Of a stretch of 64,000 nucleotides of DNA, positions 9,336 to 19,177 are shown piece by piece. The notes below the pieces were generated by a model. That model worked only from the letters and a program-made list of their open reading frames with translations. It was not told the DNA's origin and searched no databases. The DNA comes from a virus (lineage: Duplodnaviria; Caudoviricetes). The stretch is taken from the IMG/VR virus record IMGVR_UViG_3300020576_005620, positions 1 through 64,000 of that record, one strand, 5' to 3'. Position 1 is the first letter of the stretch; the number at the start of each line of letters is the position of its first letter. A program made the position numbers and the translations under genes.

Positions 9336-10052
9336 ATGGAACACGTTTACAATGCTAACGGTTTGCCTTTTTGGGGTGAACAAGAAATTCTAACAAGAAA
9401 CTACTTGATTGAATCTTTTGCAGGGCAAGTTAAACATATACTTTTGTCTGCAAATAAAGCGTGGTCTTTTCACAGAATTGAATCCCCTTGTTTAATTCCA
9501 CAAGAGCTGATTAATAGTGAGTATACAGAGGAACAGGTTTTTGTTACCAGCAATAGCTTTGTTCTTAAACCCGAAACTACTCCAGCTAGTTATGCTTATG
9601 CGGAAAAGCTGTTAGGATCTCAACAAATCCTCCCACCCTTTGTAGTATGGCAAGCTTCTAAAAGCTTTAGAAGAGAGCAGGATCAGGCTACAAAGAATAT
9701 GCGTCTTAAGGAATTCTACCAACAGGAGTTTCAATGTATTTTTACAGAAGATACAAAGAATGATTACTTCTCCTACTGTTTGGAATTTCTAAGAGAAGCT
9801 ATTCTTACACATCTTTGTCTTGATACTAGAATAGTAGAAAGTGACAGGCTTCCATCGTATAGTTTAAAAACTATGGATATTGAAGTTTTAAGCAAAGATA
9901 AGTGGATGGAGGTAGTAAGCATCTCTCTTCGGAAAGATGTACCCTTTAAAGTTAGGTTTAAAGATCAAGAAAAATCTCTACTTAACTTGGAGATCGCTAT
10001 AGGTCTCGATAGGTGCGTCTACAATAAGCTAAGGCTTTTTAATAATGTTTGA
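9336..10052 (+). CDS. Stand-alone class II aaRS catalytic core, GlyRS (alpha2-type)-like, no anticodon-binding domain
   Basis: LKPETT, KSFRRE (motif 2), RLKEFYQQEFQ, PSYS..T.DIE, W.EVVSIS.R, EIAIGLDR (motif 3) in only 238 aa. Confidence 0.8.
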   Translation: MEHVYNANGLPFWGEQEILTRNYLIESFAGQVKHILLSANKAWSFHRIESPCLIPQELINSEYTEEQVFVTSNSFVLKPETTPASYAYAEKLLGSQQILPPFVVWQASKSFRREQDQATKNMRLKEFYQQEFQCIFTEDTKNDYFSYCLEFLREAILTHLCLDTRIVESDRLPSYSLKTMDIEVLSKDKWMEVVSISLRKDVPFKVRFKDQEKSLLNLEIAIGLDRCVYNKLRLFNNV

Positions 10053-10401
10053 CAAAACAGAGTTAAAAAAGCTTTAAAGCTTTAAACGATTTGGTGTCAC
10101 AAGCACCAAAAATACAAGTGAAATAAAACAAGTGCAGACATGGAAGTGTCAGTACTCTTGTAGAAAACCTTTGGTTGCGTGAGTTTAGTTTTATGGTTAC
10201 AAGCCATTTAAGCTAGATAACAGCGTACAAAAAAACCGGAACAACATTAAGGAGAAATACTTCTCTTTTACCCAACGGAAGTGCTTCATGCACATAATTC
10301 CACTTAAGGGAAAAAAATGCCAAAACTCTAATGGCAAGCTAATAAGCTAAATAAAATCAGACGTTTTCCCCCTTTACGGTGAATAAAGGGGAACTAATTT
10401 A

Positions 10402-10476
10402 GGCGGGGTGGCGCAGTGGCAGCGCGTTGGTCTCATAAACCAAAGGTCAGTGGTTCAAGTCCACTTCCCGCACCCA
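10402..10476 (+). tRNA. tRNA-Met(CAU), initiator-like acceptor
   Basis: GGCGGGG/TCCCGCA with 1:72 mismatch, CT-CAT-AA loop, CCA. Confidence 0.8.
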
Positions 10477-10551
10477 GGGCGATTAGCTCAGCGGTAGAGC
10501 AGGTCCTTTACACGGACAAGGCCAGGGGTTCGAATCCTCTATTGCCCACCA
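10477..10551 (+). tRNA. tRNA-Val(UAC)
   Basis: GGGCGAT/ATTGCCC acceptor, TT-TAC-AC loop, CCA; abuts the previous tRNA. Confidence 0.92.
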
Positions 10552-10823
10552 GTTTTACAGCGAAAGCTGTATTATTTAGCAGTTAAGTGTTTCTTTTTGT
10601 GGGCTGACAGTTGTCGGCTGGCTTTAAGAAAATAGAGATACAAATATGTAAACTCGAACTTAGCGTGTCCTTCGCTAAATAAAATAATGAAGGACATTTC
10701 TTTTGCTATTTTAGTAAAAATAGCTGGTGGACGGTGCAGATTTGACCCTGCTCCCCCAGCTCCTATCTCTGGGGGAGTTGAAACAAACCAGAGATTTTTT
10801 TAAAAAGAACAGACGGTGGCATA

Positions 10824-12884
10824 TTGCAAGTACCTAAGCTAACTGATATTTTAATTGGCAAACCATCTACTACTTTTGGTCAAAAGATTAGAGGGCTGTA
10901 TCTATTAAGAAACGGTTTTCTAGCGTATTATGATACAGATACTTCAAATCTTTTGTCTGAAATTCGTTGTGAAATAGAGTTTCTCTCTGAAATAACAATC
11001 TCTATTTCAGCTAATTCTGTATATCTTTTAAACGATATTCCATACTTTTTACGTATTAGAGAATCCACTTATAAAAATATTATCTACATAATTTTGGAAC
11101 CTGTTTAATGGAAGAAATTCAAGATTTAGACCATCTATTTGTAGGAAAAACTATGCCTATATATTCTATCAAGAGTTTAGGTATAATAATTAAGGATTTA
11201 ATACTTTTAGGTGAATCAGATCGCCCCCTTTTGCGTTATATGTATGACGCTCAATTTACCGTTTCTGCTTGTTTTTCAAAAAAATTTTTAGATACATATG
11301 TAGTTTCTGGTAATGTATACAAACTAAGAAATACATTGTATCTTTTAACTATAGAAGAAGACGAACCAGATGACTGTGCTTACGTATTTTTAGAGGCTAT
11401 TTAATATGGAAGAAGTGAAAAGCTTAGAAGAAGTATTAGTGGGGAAGACTCTTCAACTACCAGATGGAAGATCTACAACTATAGTACGTTTAGCTCTTGA
11501 TAGAGCAGGCTACTTAGCATATTTTGGTTCATTATTTCGAGATCAACACCTCTACCTCTTCCAAGATGATTTCATCAAAGAGCATCTTAATTTCCATTCA
11601 ATTTTTTCTCTAGGTGATAAATTCTATGTACTTACTTACAATAAGGTAAAACTAAATTACTACCCAGAAACTGCAGGGTTTACTATTACTTTAGAGGCAA
11701 TTTAATGGAAATACCTGATTTAGAATCGCTGTTACAAGGTTGTGTAATCTACCAAACACTGACTATAAAATACCTTAGTGTTAGAGAGTTTAGAACTCGC
11801 TATGGTACCCAAAAATTTTTAACCTACTATGCGTCTGAAAAATACAGAGCTTATCTTACTGAAGATAGTGAGTTTCCACTTTCGTTAATAAATGAACGTT
11901 TATCAGGTATTTCAATTTTCTCTTTGAATGGTACGGTATATTATATCGTTAAAATGCATAAATACGATTCTCATTCTAGAGTAATAATAGTCGAAGAACT
12001 TTAAATGGAAGATTTGCAAAAGATATTCGAAGGGAAAACAGTTACACTTGGCGGTTCTTATGCTAGAGCTGGAAAGATAGTTGTAGAAATAGAAACTGTA
12101 GATAAAGATACGGATAATTTTTTATGTTTTTACCCCGCTAAAAATGATCAAATTGATGATTCAACTATACATTACTACCTCTTTCCAGAAGATATAGCAA
12201 GAAAGCATAATCTTTTACATTCTGTATGTTCCCTTCATGGAAACGTCTATTTTATAAGCCGTATTGTTAATCATCAGGATAATGTTTGTAACATAGAAAT
12301 TTCTCCAGTGTAATATGGATAAAATACAAGATTTAGAGAAACTACTAATAGGTAAAGTTGTTAGAACATTAGTTCGTGGTGATAAAAAAATATCGTCTGT
12401 AGCCGTTCAATACGGATGCTTACGTGTAGAGTGGATTGAAATTCCTCCCACTATCTATGACTACTCTTTCACAATAAGTAAAGACTTTATAGAAAAAAAT
12501 CTGATACCAGGTAAGCTTTACTCACTTAAGGGGCAGATTTTTTTAGTAGAAATAGATGTCAATCCAGAAAAACATTTTAGATATGTTAACCTAATCCCGA
12601 TTTAAATGGAAGAAATTCAAGACTTAAAAAAACTTCTGATTCGTAGGAAAATTACTACATCAGAGGGTGTTTGGGGAATAATCAAACACATAGAGGTTGA
12701 TCACGATGGTTTCTTGTGTTACTTTACAGGCAGTAGTGGCCCTGATTTCTTCTTTAGTAAGGAGTTTGCAGATCGTTACTTTAAGGAGAATAGTGTTTAC
12801 TATATTGATAATACCCCAGTTTTGTTAATTTTAGAAGAAACTAGATCTACTTTTGGATTTTACGTACTATTGGAGCCTATATGA
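10824..12884 (+). repeat. Tandem array B of the small orphan paralog family (7 ORFs: 10824, 11108, 11406, 11705, 12005, 12315, 12606)
   Basis: 92-102 aa ORFs starting MEE(I/V).DL..L..GK and ending VY.L....Y.L......(I/L)LE(P/A)I-like; translationally coupled. Confidence 0.8.
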
Positions 12885-13102
12885 AAAAAGCGTTCACACT
12901 CATAGAACTAATCGTCGTTGTTGTAATAGTTTGTATTTTAGCTGCAATTATTACACCTATCTTTATCCAGGCAAAGAAAGCAGCCGATACAAAGAAAGGC
13001 ACAGTTTCTGCACCTGCTACAGAAAAGATTATCACTGATGAAAAAGGAAGAACTTTTCGAATAAAATCTGATGGAACTCTTGAAGAGATAATCAAAAAGT
13101 AG
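12881..13102 (+). CDS. Small prepilin-type (N-terminal cleavage/methylation) protein
   Basis: MKKA|FTLIELIVVVVIVCILAAIITPIFIQAKKAA class III signal. Confidence 0.85.
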   Translation: MKKAFTLIELIVVVVIVCILAAIITPIFIQAKKAADTKKGTVSAPATEKIITDEKGRTFRIKSDGTLEEIIKK

Positions 13103-13116
13103 TACATTACCAACAT

Positions 13117-13190
13117 TGCCTCATCGTCTAACGGTAGGACACCGCCCTTTGGAGGCGTTTGTCTAGGTTCGAATCCTAGTGAGGCAGCCA
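13117..13190 (+). tRNA. tRNA-Gln(UUG)
   Basis: TGCCTCA/TGAGGCA acceptor, CT-TTG-GA loop, GCCA. Confidence 0.93.
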
Positions 13191-13215
13191 ACTTTAATAA
13201 TAATAAGGAAGTGTT

Positions 13216-13788
13216 ATGACACAATCGCTAAACTTTAAAACCATTTCTATCATTGGTGCAGCAGTACTCGTTGCCGTAGTAATAATGTCTATCTTCTCCA
13301 TGAATATTGGAGCCCATAATCGTGAAGCTGAACTTCGTGCTTTGTTTGAGGCTAAGCAGCAGGAAACAAAGATCAACTATGATGCTGCTTGGAAGATCAT
13401 TGCAGAGGTTGCTGAGGTTCCTACTCAGTATTCCCAGGACTTCAAGGATGCGTATACATCCATTGTAAGTTCAGACAAGGGTGTTTCTACTGGTACAGTC
13501 AAAGGTCTCTTTGCTGTAGCCACTGGAATGAATCCACCCCAGCTTGATCCTTCTCTTTATAAAGCTGTTCAAAATGCTGTCACATCTCAGAGAACTAAAA
13601 TGGCTAATCAACAAGCAGCCCTTTTGGATGTCAAAAGGGAGCATGATAAGCTGAGAACAACTTGGCCGTCTAGTATGTTTCTTGGTGGTGTTAAGCCTCT
13701 AGAAGCAAAAACAGTTACTTCCACAAAAACCGAAGCCGCATTCGAAAGTGGAAGAGATGATGATGTAGGACTCTACAAGAAGAAGTAA
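13216..13788 (+). CDS. LemA-like membrane-anchored helical protein
   Basis: N-terminal TM, NPPQLD..LY..VQ..V...R......Q..L.D..R.H......WPS..FL pattern. Confidence 0.55.
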   Translation: MTQSLNFKTISIIGAAVLVAVVIMSIFSMNIGAHNREAELRALFEAKQQETKINYDAAWKIIAEVAEVPTQYSQDFKDAYTSIVSSDKGVSTGTVKGLFAVATGMNPPQLDPSLYKAVQNAVTSQRTKMANQQAALLDVKREHDKLRTTWPSSMFLGGVKPLEAKTVTSTKTEAAFESGRDDDVGLYKKK

Positions 13789-13790
13789 AC

Positions 13791-14960
13791 ATGCCAGTCT
13801 ATCTTTGGTTACCCGTCGTTCTGTCAATTGCCGTTACTTTAGGAGTTAAGTATTACTTCCAAAAAGAGATTACTCTTTGGGAGATGGCTTTACCTCCTAT
13901 TGTAACTCTTATTACAGTGTTAGTTGTAAATTCTATTGCACTTAACCTTACAACAAGAGATACGGAATATTGGGGTGGATGGGTAACCAAGGCTGTTTAC
14001 TACGAAAGATGGGATGAAGAAGTTCCCTGTATTCATGCCAGATATAGAACAGAAACCTATGATTGTGGTACTTCGGACAAACCAGCAACCTGTTCTAGAC
14101 AAGTTTTTGATGGCTGGGAACATATGTATGATGTTGATGATCACCCTGAGCATTGGGTTGCAGAAACTTCTAATGATACCGAGTACGAAATAACAAGAAA
14201 CTACTTTACTCTTCTCTGTTCGCAGTTTAACAATAAATCCTTCCAAGATATGCATAGGGATTATCATAGAATTGACGGAGATGCATACGTAACAGAATGG
14301 GATAGTAAGTTTGACACTGTTGAGTCTGTTGTTGAGAAGCATACATACACAAACAAGGTTGCGAATTCTACCTCTTTGTTTAAGTTTCCAGAAATTGATC
14401 CCAAAACAACTCCAGTATTTGCCTATCCAGATGTTAATGGGTTTTCCTGTCCTTCAGTACTAGGTGCCCCTGGTCTCCCCAATTCAGAAGACATTGACAA
14501 AGTTAATTCTCTCCTAGGAGCCTCTTCAAAAATTAAAGTATGGGTGCTTATTTGGGAAGGATATTTTGATAGACAAGTAGCTTTTGATCAAAAGGCTTTT
14601 TGGAAGGGAAGTAACAAAAACGAACTTGTTATCTGTATCAATATCAATTCTGTTAAAGATCCAAAAGTGAATTGGTGTGAAGTTTTTTCTTGGTCTGACT
14701 CTGAAGAGTTAAAAACTTCTATTGTTTCTTTTGTTTCTGAGGAAAATAAGACTCTTGATCTTAAAGAGTTAGCAAACTATCTTTACAAGAACATCCCTTC
14801 AAAATGGACTAAAAAGAACTGGCATGATTTTGATTACATCTCTGTTGATATTCCACCACTTGGTTTATTCTTTATCTGGCTAGTGGCAGTTTTATCTACT
14901 GGTGGAACTCTTTATTGGTCTATAGTTAACGAACACCGAGAAAATGACAGAACAAGCTGA
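13791..14960 (+). CDS. Membrane protein partnering the LemA-like gene (possibly TPM-like extracellular domain)
   Basis: Two N-terminal TMs, one C-terminal TM, W.G.NKNELVICI motif. Confidence 0.5.
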   Translation: MPVYLWLPVVLSIAVTLGVKYYFQKEITLWEMALPPIVTLITVLVVNSIALNLTTRDTEYWGGWVTKAVYYERWDEEVPCIHARYRTETYDCGTSDKPATCSRQVFDGWEHMYDVDDHPEHWVAETSNDTEYEITRNYFTLLCSQFNNKSFQDMHRDYHRIDGDAYVTEWDSKFDTVESVVEKHTYTNKVANSTSLFKFPEIDPKTTPVFAYPDVNGFSCPSVLGAPGLPNSEDIDKVNSLLGASSKIKVWVLIWEGYFDRQVAFDQKAFWKGSNKNELVICININSVKDPKVNWCEVFSWSDSEELKTSIVSFVSEENKTLDLKELANYLYKNIPSKWTKKNWHDFDYISVDIPPLGLFFIWLVAVLSTGGTLYWSIVNEHRENDRTS

Positions 14961-16178
14961 CACTAACTCTATTCTTTCTATTCTTTCAAAAGGTTTTCCC
15001 GAATACAAAATAATAGATGTAGTAGTTAAGCCACAGAAAAATTGCAAAAAGTATTTAATTGCTCTTTGGTTTTTAAGGGGAAAATACAAGTACTTTAAAT
15101 CAACATTTGATATAGAAGCAAACAATCTTTCCTTTTTTGAGGGTAAGATCTGCTGTTATGGTTCATCTACATTTATTCTTTCTGTAGATATATATAATCG
15201 AAGATTTGCATCTATTATGTGTGAAGAGATATGAGTATGGTTACACTAGAGTCTCTTCTCAAGAAAGCCTGTCCAGGATTAGAATTCACTGAACCTATTT
15301 TTCTCGATGAACAGTACTTAGCTTTTTGGAAAACAGTTAAAACTAATCCTCCAACAGTTCGTCTTACTTTTATTTCAGTAGAGCCTCATAACTATTTTAA
15401 TCCAACTATATGTTCGTATAAAGATCTAACTTACTATGTAAAGTTAGAACAAATAAATAGTACTAGATACTATATAAAATACACATGTCTTTAAAAATAT
15501 GGAATCTGCTCTGACTCTCGAAGAAACTATTACAGGATACGTAAAACTCCTTGGAACATATTCTGATAAGAACAGTAGAATAAACTCCTGGCTTTCTCGT
15601 CGTATAGCATATAAGAAGCTTCTTATTGAGGCGACCCCCGGTGAAGAACTTTTCCCAAATCCTGAAGAAGGTATTTTATTCTTTAGAGTAAGGATTCTAG
15701 AGAAATGCAAAGACGGTAACAAAATAACTAGAATAAAGTTCTACAAAGATAAAATAGGTAATCTCCTTAACAAAGTAGTTGTATACAGGGGTGTACATTG
15801 GATAATTACTTGGCATAGTGACCTTAAATTGAAACTTTACCCAATCTAGAAATGAATCAAAATCAAGAATTTGAAGAAATTATCCTGGAGTATATTAAAG
15901 TTGTAGCTCTTAACAGCAAAAAAACAACTTTACTAAGCACCTGGAATAGAGTAGATCCACAGAACAAATCCCTTCAAATTAATATCCAGAAGATTGAAGG
16001 AAAATTTATCTGCTCTGTTCTTTTATGTAGAAAAGGAAAAGATAAACAAAGCGTACTGCACCTGCTTTTCCGGGAAAGTCTTTTTAATCTTTTAGCTGGG
16101 AAGGTAATTATGTATAACCAAGTACCTTACACTATTCAATGGTGGTCTAAAAGATTTTTTGAAATAGCTCCAATTTAA
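14944..16178 (+). repeat. Tandem array C of the small orphan paralog family (14944, 15231, 15499, 15852)
   Basis: 87-116 aa ORFs with C-terminal GK(I/V)..Y....Y/F.I......(EEI/YPI/API). Confidence 0.55.
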
Positions 16179-16715
16179 ACTTTAGAAGTACCTAGTTATA
16201 CTCATTTCTATGGTATACTAACTTTCTATGGTTCTTTTCAAGCCCACTCTTCTGCATTTTGGTTTCAATAATCAGACTGGTACAGTATTTCTTTTTCCTA
16301 AAGAAGCTCTTAGAGATAATGTTAAAAAATTTGAGCAAACCTGCAATGATCTATCTCTTTCTTCCTATATAGATTATCTGTCAGAGACACAAATTGCATA
16401 TACTCTTGTTGAAAAGGATTTGGAAGATTTGATATTCACCCTAGAACAACGAGGCTTCGAGGTTAGATGTAAAAATGAGTAAGTCGTTTAAAACTAGAAA
16501 CTTAAAAAGGTATGGAATTTCTAACCTAAGACCTGGAGATGTAATTCAAGTACCTATGTCCAACGAATGGTTTGTTGTCAGAACAGTATTTACAGGTTCA
16601 CCAATTCTTGTGGAAACTGTTATGTACAATAACGAAGATGTAAAGGGACCAACTCTTACGGAAACTGGGCTTTACGGTTACAAGATTATTATTTTTCAAT
16701 AAAGGTCCTAGACCA

Positions 16716-16744
16716 TTGATTTTCTTTAGACTCCAAAGTATAAT
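16716..16744 (+). promoter_or_regulatory. Sigma70-type promoter
   Basis: TTGATT-17 nt-TATAAT upstream of 16751. Confidence 0.6.
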
Positions 16745-16750
16745 CAACTT

Positions 16751-18319
16751 ATGGAGTCTAAAGAACAAACTCTAATTGTGAACTTATTTGCTGGCCCAGG
16801 CGCCGGAAAATGTTTTTCAAGGGACATTGCTATTTTAATGCACGATGGGACCACTAAATTATCTCAAGATATAGTTATTGGTGATAGTGTAATGGGAAGA
16901 GATGGTACAGCAAGAAAAGTTGTAAAACTATTCAGAGGAATAGACCATATGTACCAAGTAACACCAGTAAAAGGCTCTCCGTTCAATGTAACAAGAGACC
17001 ATAAACTAGTTTTAGATTATACTAAAGCAAATTCTAAAGAGTTGTTACTTTCTCCAGAAGAAATTTTAGAATTATCAAATAGTAAGCAATCAAGGCTAAA
17101 ACTTAAGAGATCAGAATTAATAGAATTTGATTTTAGTGATGTTAAAATAGATCCTTATTTTCTAGGTATTTGGTTAGGGGACGGGCACAGTGATAATCAA
17201 ATAGTTACAACTGCCGACCTAGAAATTAAGAACTACTTAACGGAATATGGTGATTCATTAGGATTATCTACTAAAGTTCATGCAAAAAAAGGTTCTGCAT
17301 ACAGCTATAGCCTTTCTGTGCCTAATACTTGGACTAAGAATCCTTTGAGACAATCTTTAACAAAATATTCCTTAAAAAATAATAAACATATTCCCAAAGA
17401 GTATTTAACAAATCATAGTTCTATACGTCTTCAGCTGTTAGCTGGATTAATTGATAGTGATGGTTGGGTGGATAGTAACTGTGTTTTTATAGTTCAGAAG
17501 AGAAAAAAATTAGCTGAAGATATCACTTTTCTCGCAAGATCTCTTGGATTTGCAACCTACATAAGAAAAATAAATAAAACATGTGTGAATAACGGTGTTG
17601 TTGGAGAATATTGGAATGTTTCTGTAAGTGGTGACTTAAGTATTATTCCAACTAAGTTGAAAAGAAAACAATTTTCACCAAGGAAGCAAGTAAAAAATAC
17701 TCAACATACTGGTTTTAGCTTAAATTATCTTGGCTTGCAAAATTATTATGGATTCGAACTTGATGGAGATCATATTCATCTATTAGGAGATTTTACCTTA
17801 ACCCATAATAGTAGTTATGCTTCTGGGATTCAATACAGATTAAAAGTATCTGGCTACAATTCAGAGTACATACAAGAGTATGCTAAAGATAAAACTTGGT
17901 CAGAGGATAAACAAACCCTTCTTTGTCAACCATATGTTACCGGAAAACAGTTTTATAGAACAACAAGAATTATGAACAAAGTTGAGGTTGCTGTAACAGA
18001 TTCCCCAATTTTAACAGGTATTCTGTACCAACAGAAGAAAAGTAAACATTTTGAGTCTTGGGTTGTTGAAGCATTCAAAGAATGCAACAACTTAAATTTC
18101 TTTTTAGTCAGAAACACTGAACATCACCCGTATAATCCTGCAGGTAGAAGTCAAAGTTTGGAAGAGGCTATTGCAAAAGACAAAGAAATGAAAGATGTTC
18201 TTGATAAATATGACATCCCATATTTTGAAGTTCCGATACAAGCAGTTGATTTAGATACCTGGAGTGATCCCACTTTAGACTTTATATATTCGAAAATAAA
18301 AGAAACCCTAATTAAATAG
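16751..18319 (+). CDS. P-loop nucleotide kinase/ATPase (AAA_28/NadR-like) interrupted by an intein
   Basis: Exteins VNLFAGPGAGK|SSYA..., EYAKD..W, VTDSPIL, YNP.GR.Q. Confidence 0.85.
   Translation: MESKEQTLIVNLFAGPGAGKCFSRDIAILMHDGTTKLSQDIVIGDSVMGRDGTARKVVKLFRGIDHMYQVTPVKGSPFNVTRDHKLVLDYTKANSKELLLSPEEILELSNSKQSRLKLKRSELIEFDFSDVKIDPYFLGIWLGDGHSDNQIVTTADLEIKNYLTEYGDSLGLSTKVHAKKGSAYSYSLSVPNTWTKNPLRQSLTKYSLKNNKHIPKEYLTNHSSIRLQLLAGLIDSDGWVDSNCVFIVQKRKKLAEDITFLARSLGFATYIRKINKTCVNNGVVGEYWNVSVSGDLSIIPTKLKRKQFSPRKQVKNTQHTGFSLNYLGLQNYYGFELDGDHIHLLGDFTLTHNSSYASGIQYRLKVSGYNSEYIQEYAKDKTWSEDKQTLLCQPYVTGKQFYRTTRIMNKVEVAVTDSPILTGILYQQKKSKHFESWVVEAFKECNNLNFFLVRNTEHHPYNPAGRSQSLEEAIAKDKEMKDVLDKYDIPYFEVPIQAVDLDTWSDPTLDFIYSKIKETLIK
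16811..17809 (+). mobile_element. Intein with LAGLIDADG homing endonuclease (333 aa)
   Basis: Begins CFSRD, block B VT.DH, YFLGIWLGDG, LAGLIDSDG, ends LTHN followed by Ser. Confidence 0.92.
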
Positions 18320-18328
18320 GCATTACAA

Positions 18329-18787
18329 ATGAATGACAACTTTTCACAATGCAATCTGATTGAAACTTACCCAGAAACTCCCTATCTAGTTTTAATAGAT
18401 AACGGAGATGGGAAATTAAGTCCTCCAAGATTTATAATTCATAATCAGTTAGATACGAATTCTTATTTTATAGGATTAGGCTCTAAAATCTTTAGATACG
18501 AAACGGTAGCTAATCAATATGCAAAAACTTTGACTTCGATTGTTCATAGAAGAGGTTATAATCTAGAAGCAAAGGTAGAGAGGTTTGACTTTGATGATCT
18601 TTGTTCTCTAATTAAAGAGGATTTACTGGATGCAGAACGCAGAAATAAAACTCAAATTGACGAAGAAAAATTCAAGATTCAGAGAAGAGCTCCAAAAGCT
18701 GAATTTACTGTTGGTGTAGGTCTTATGCTTATTGAAAGCATGGTCCACACTAATAACCCCGCTTTTAAGTGGATCCATATAACTTAG
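18329..18787 (+). CDS. Hypothetical protein
   Basis: 152-aa ORF in operon. Confidence 0.5.
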   Translation: MNDNFSQCNLIETYPETPYLVLIDNGDGKLSPPRFIIHNQLDTNSYFIGLGSKIFRYETVANQYAKTLTSIVHRRGYNLEAKVERFDFDDLCSLIKEDLLDAERRNKTQIDEEKFKIQRRAPKAEFTVGVGLMLIESMVHTNNPAFKWIHIT

Positions 18788-18796
18788 AGTAAGACT

Positions 18797-19084
18797 ATGC
18801 CGAAACCCTCATCTTTTATAAAACCAATAATTGTAGTAGAAGATGGGGAATCTTGGTTCTTTTATTACAATAAGAAAGTTCTAGCTAAAGTTCAGAAGGT
18901 TTGGTTTTTCTATAAAGTTGATCTTGTTAATACAAAGCTTTATTCTTTAACCAAACCCTCTGCATTCAAAAAAGTTCAAAACTATTTTGAAACATCCATT
19001 CTTCCACCAAACAATCCTTTTATAACCTTAAGTCTTCCTTTCAGTGATTTGAAAAAAACTTTAGGAAGAAAGAAGGGCCTGTAG
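18797..19084 (+). CDS. Hypothetical protein whose stop codon lies inside the downstream tRNA
   Basis: TAG at 19082-19084 equals tRNA positions 8-10. Confidence 0.5.
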   Translation: MPKPSSFIKPIIVVEDGESWFFYYNKKVLAKVQKVWFFYKVDLVNTKLYSLTKPSAFKKVQNYFETSILPPNNPFITLSLPFSDLKKTLGRKKGL

Positions 19085-19151
19085 CTCAGTAGGTTAGAGC
19101 AAGCAGCTCATAACTGCTCTGTCGGGAGTTCAAGCCTCTCCAGGCCCACCA
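19075..19151 (+). tRNA. tRNA(CAU), probably Ile2 (lysidine-type) or elongator Met
   Basis: GGGCCTG/CAGGCCC acceptor, AGCAG-CTCATAA-CTGCT, ACCA; body resembles bacterial Ile2. Confidence 0.85.
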
Positions 19152-19177
19152 ATTTTTTTTACTCTATAACTATTATT

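Noticed and set aside
10085-10790. RNase P RNA or a second group I intron in the gaps around tRNA-Met/Val
   Set aside because: No GAGGAAAGUCC or P4 signature and no P7 R/S elements were found.
12877-13224. Minus-strand ORFs (this one, 37487-37669, 38837-39040 and the others in the track)
   Set aside because: They are antisense shadows of tRNAs or plus-strand genes with no recognisable motifs.
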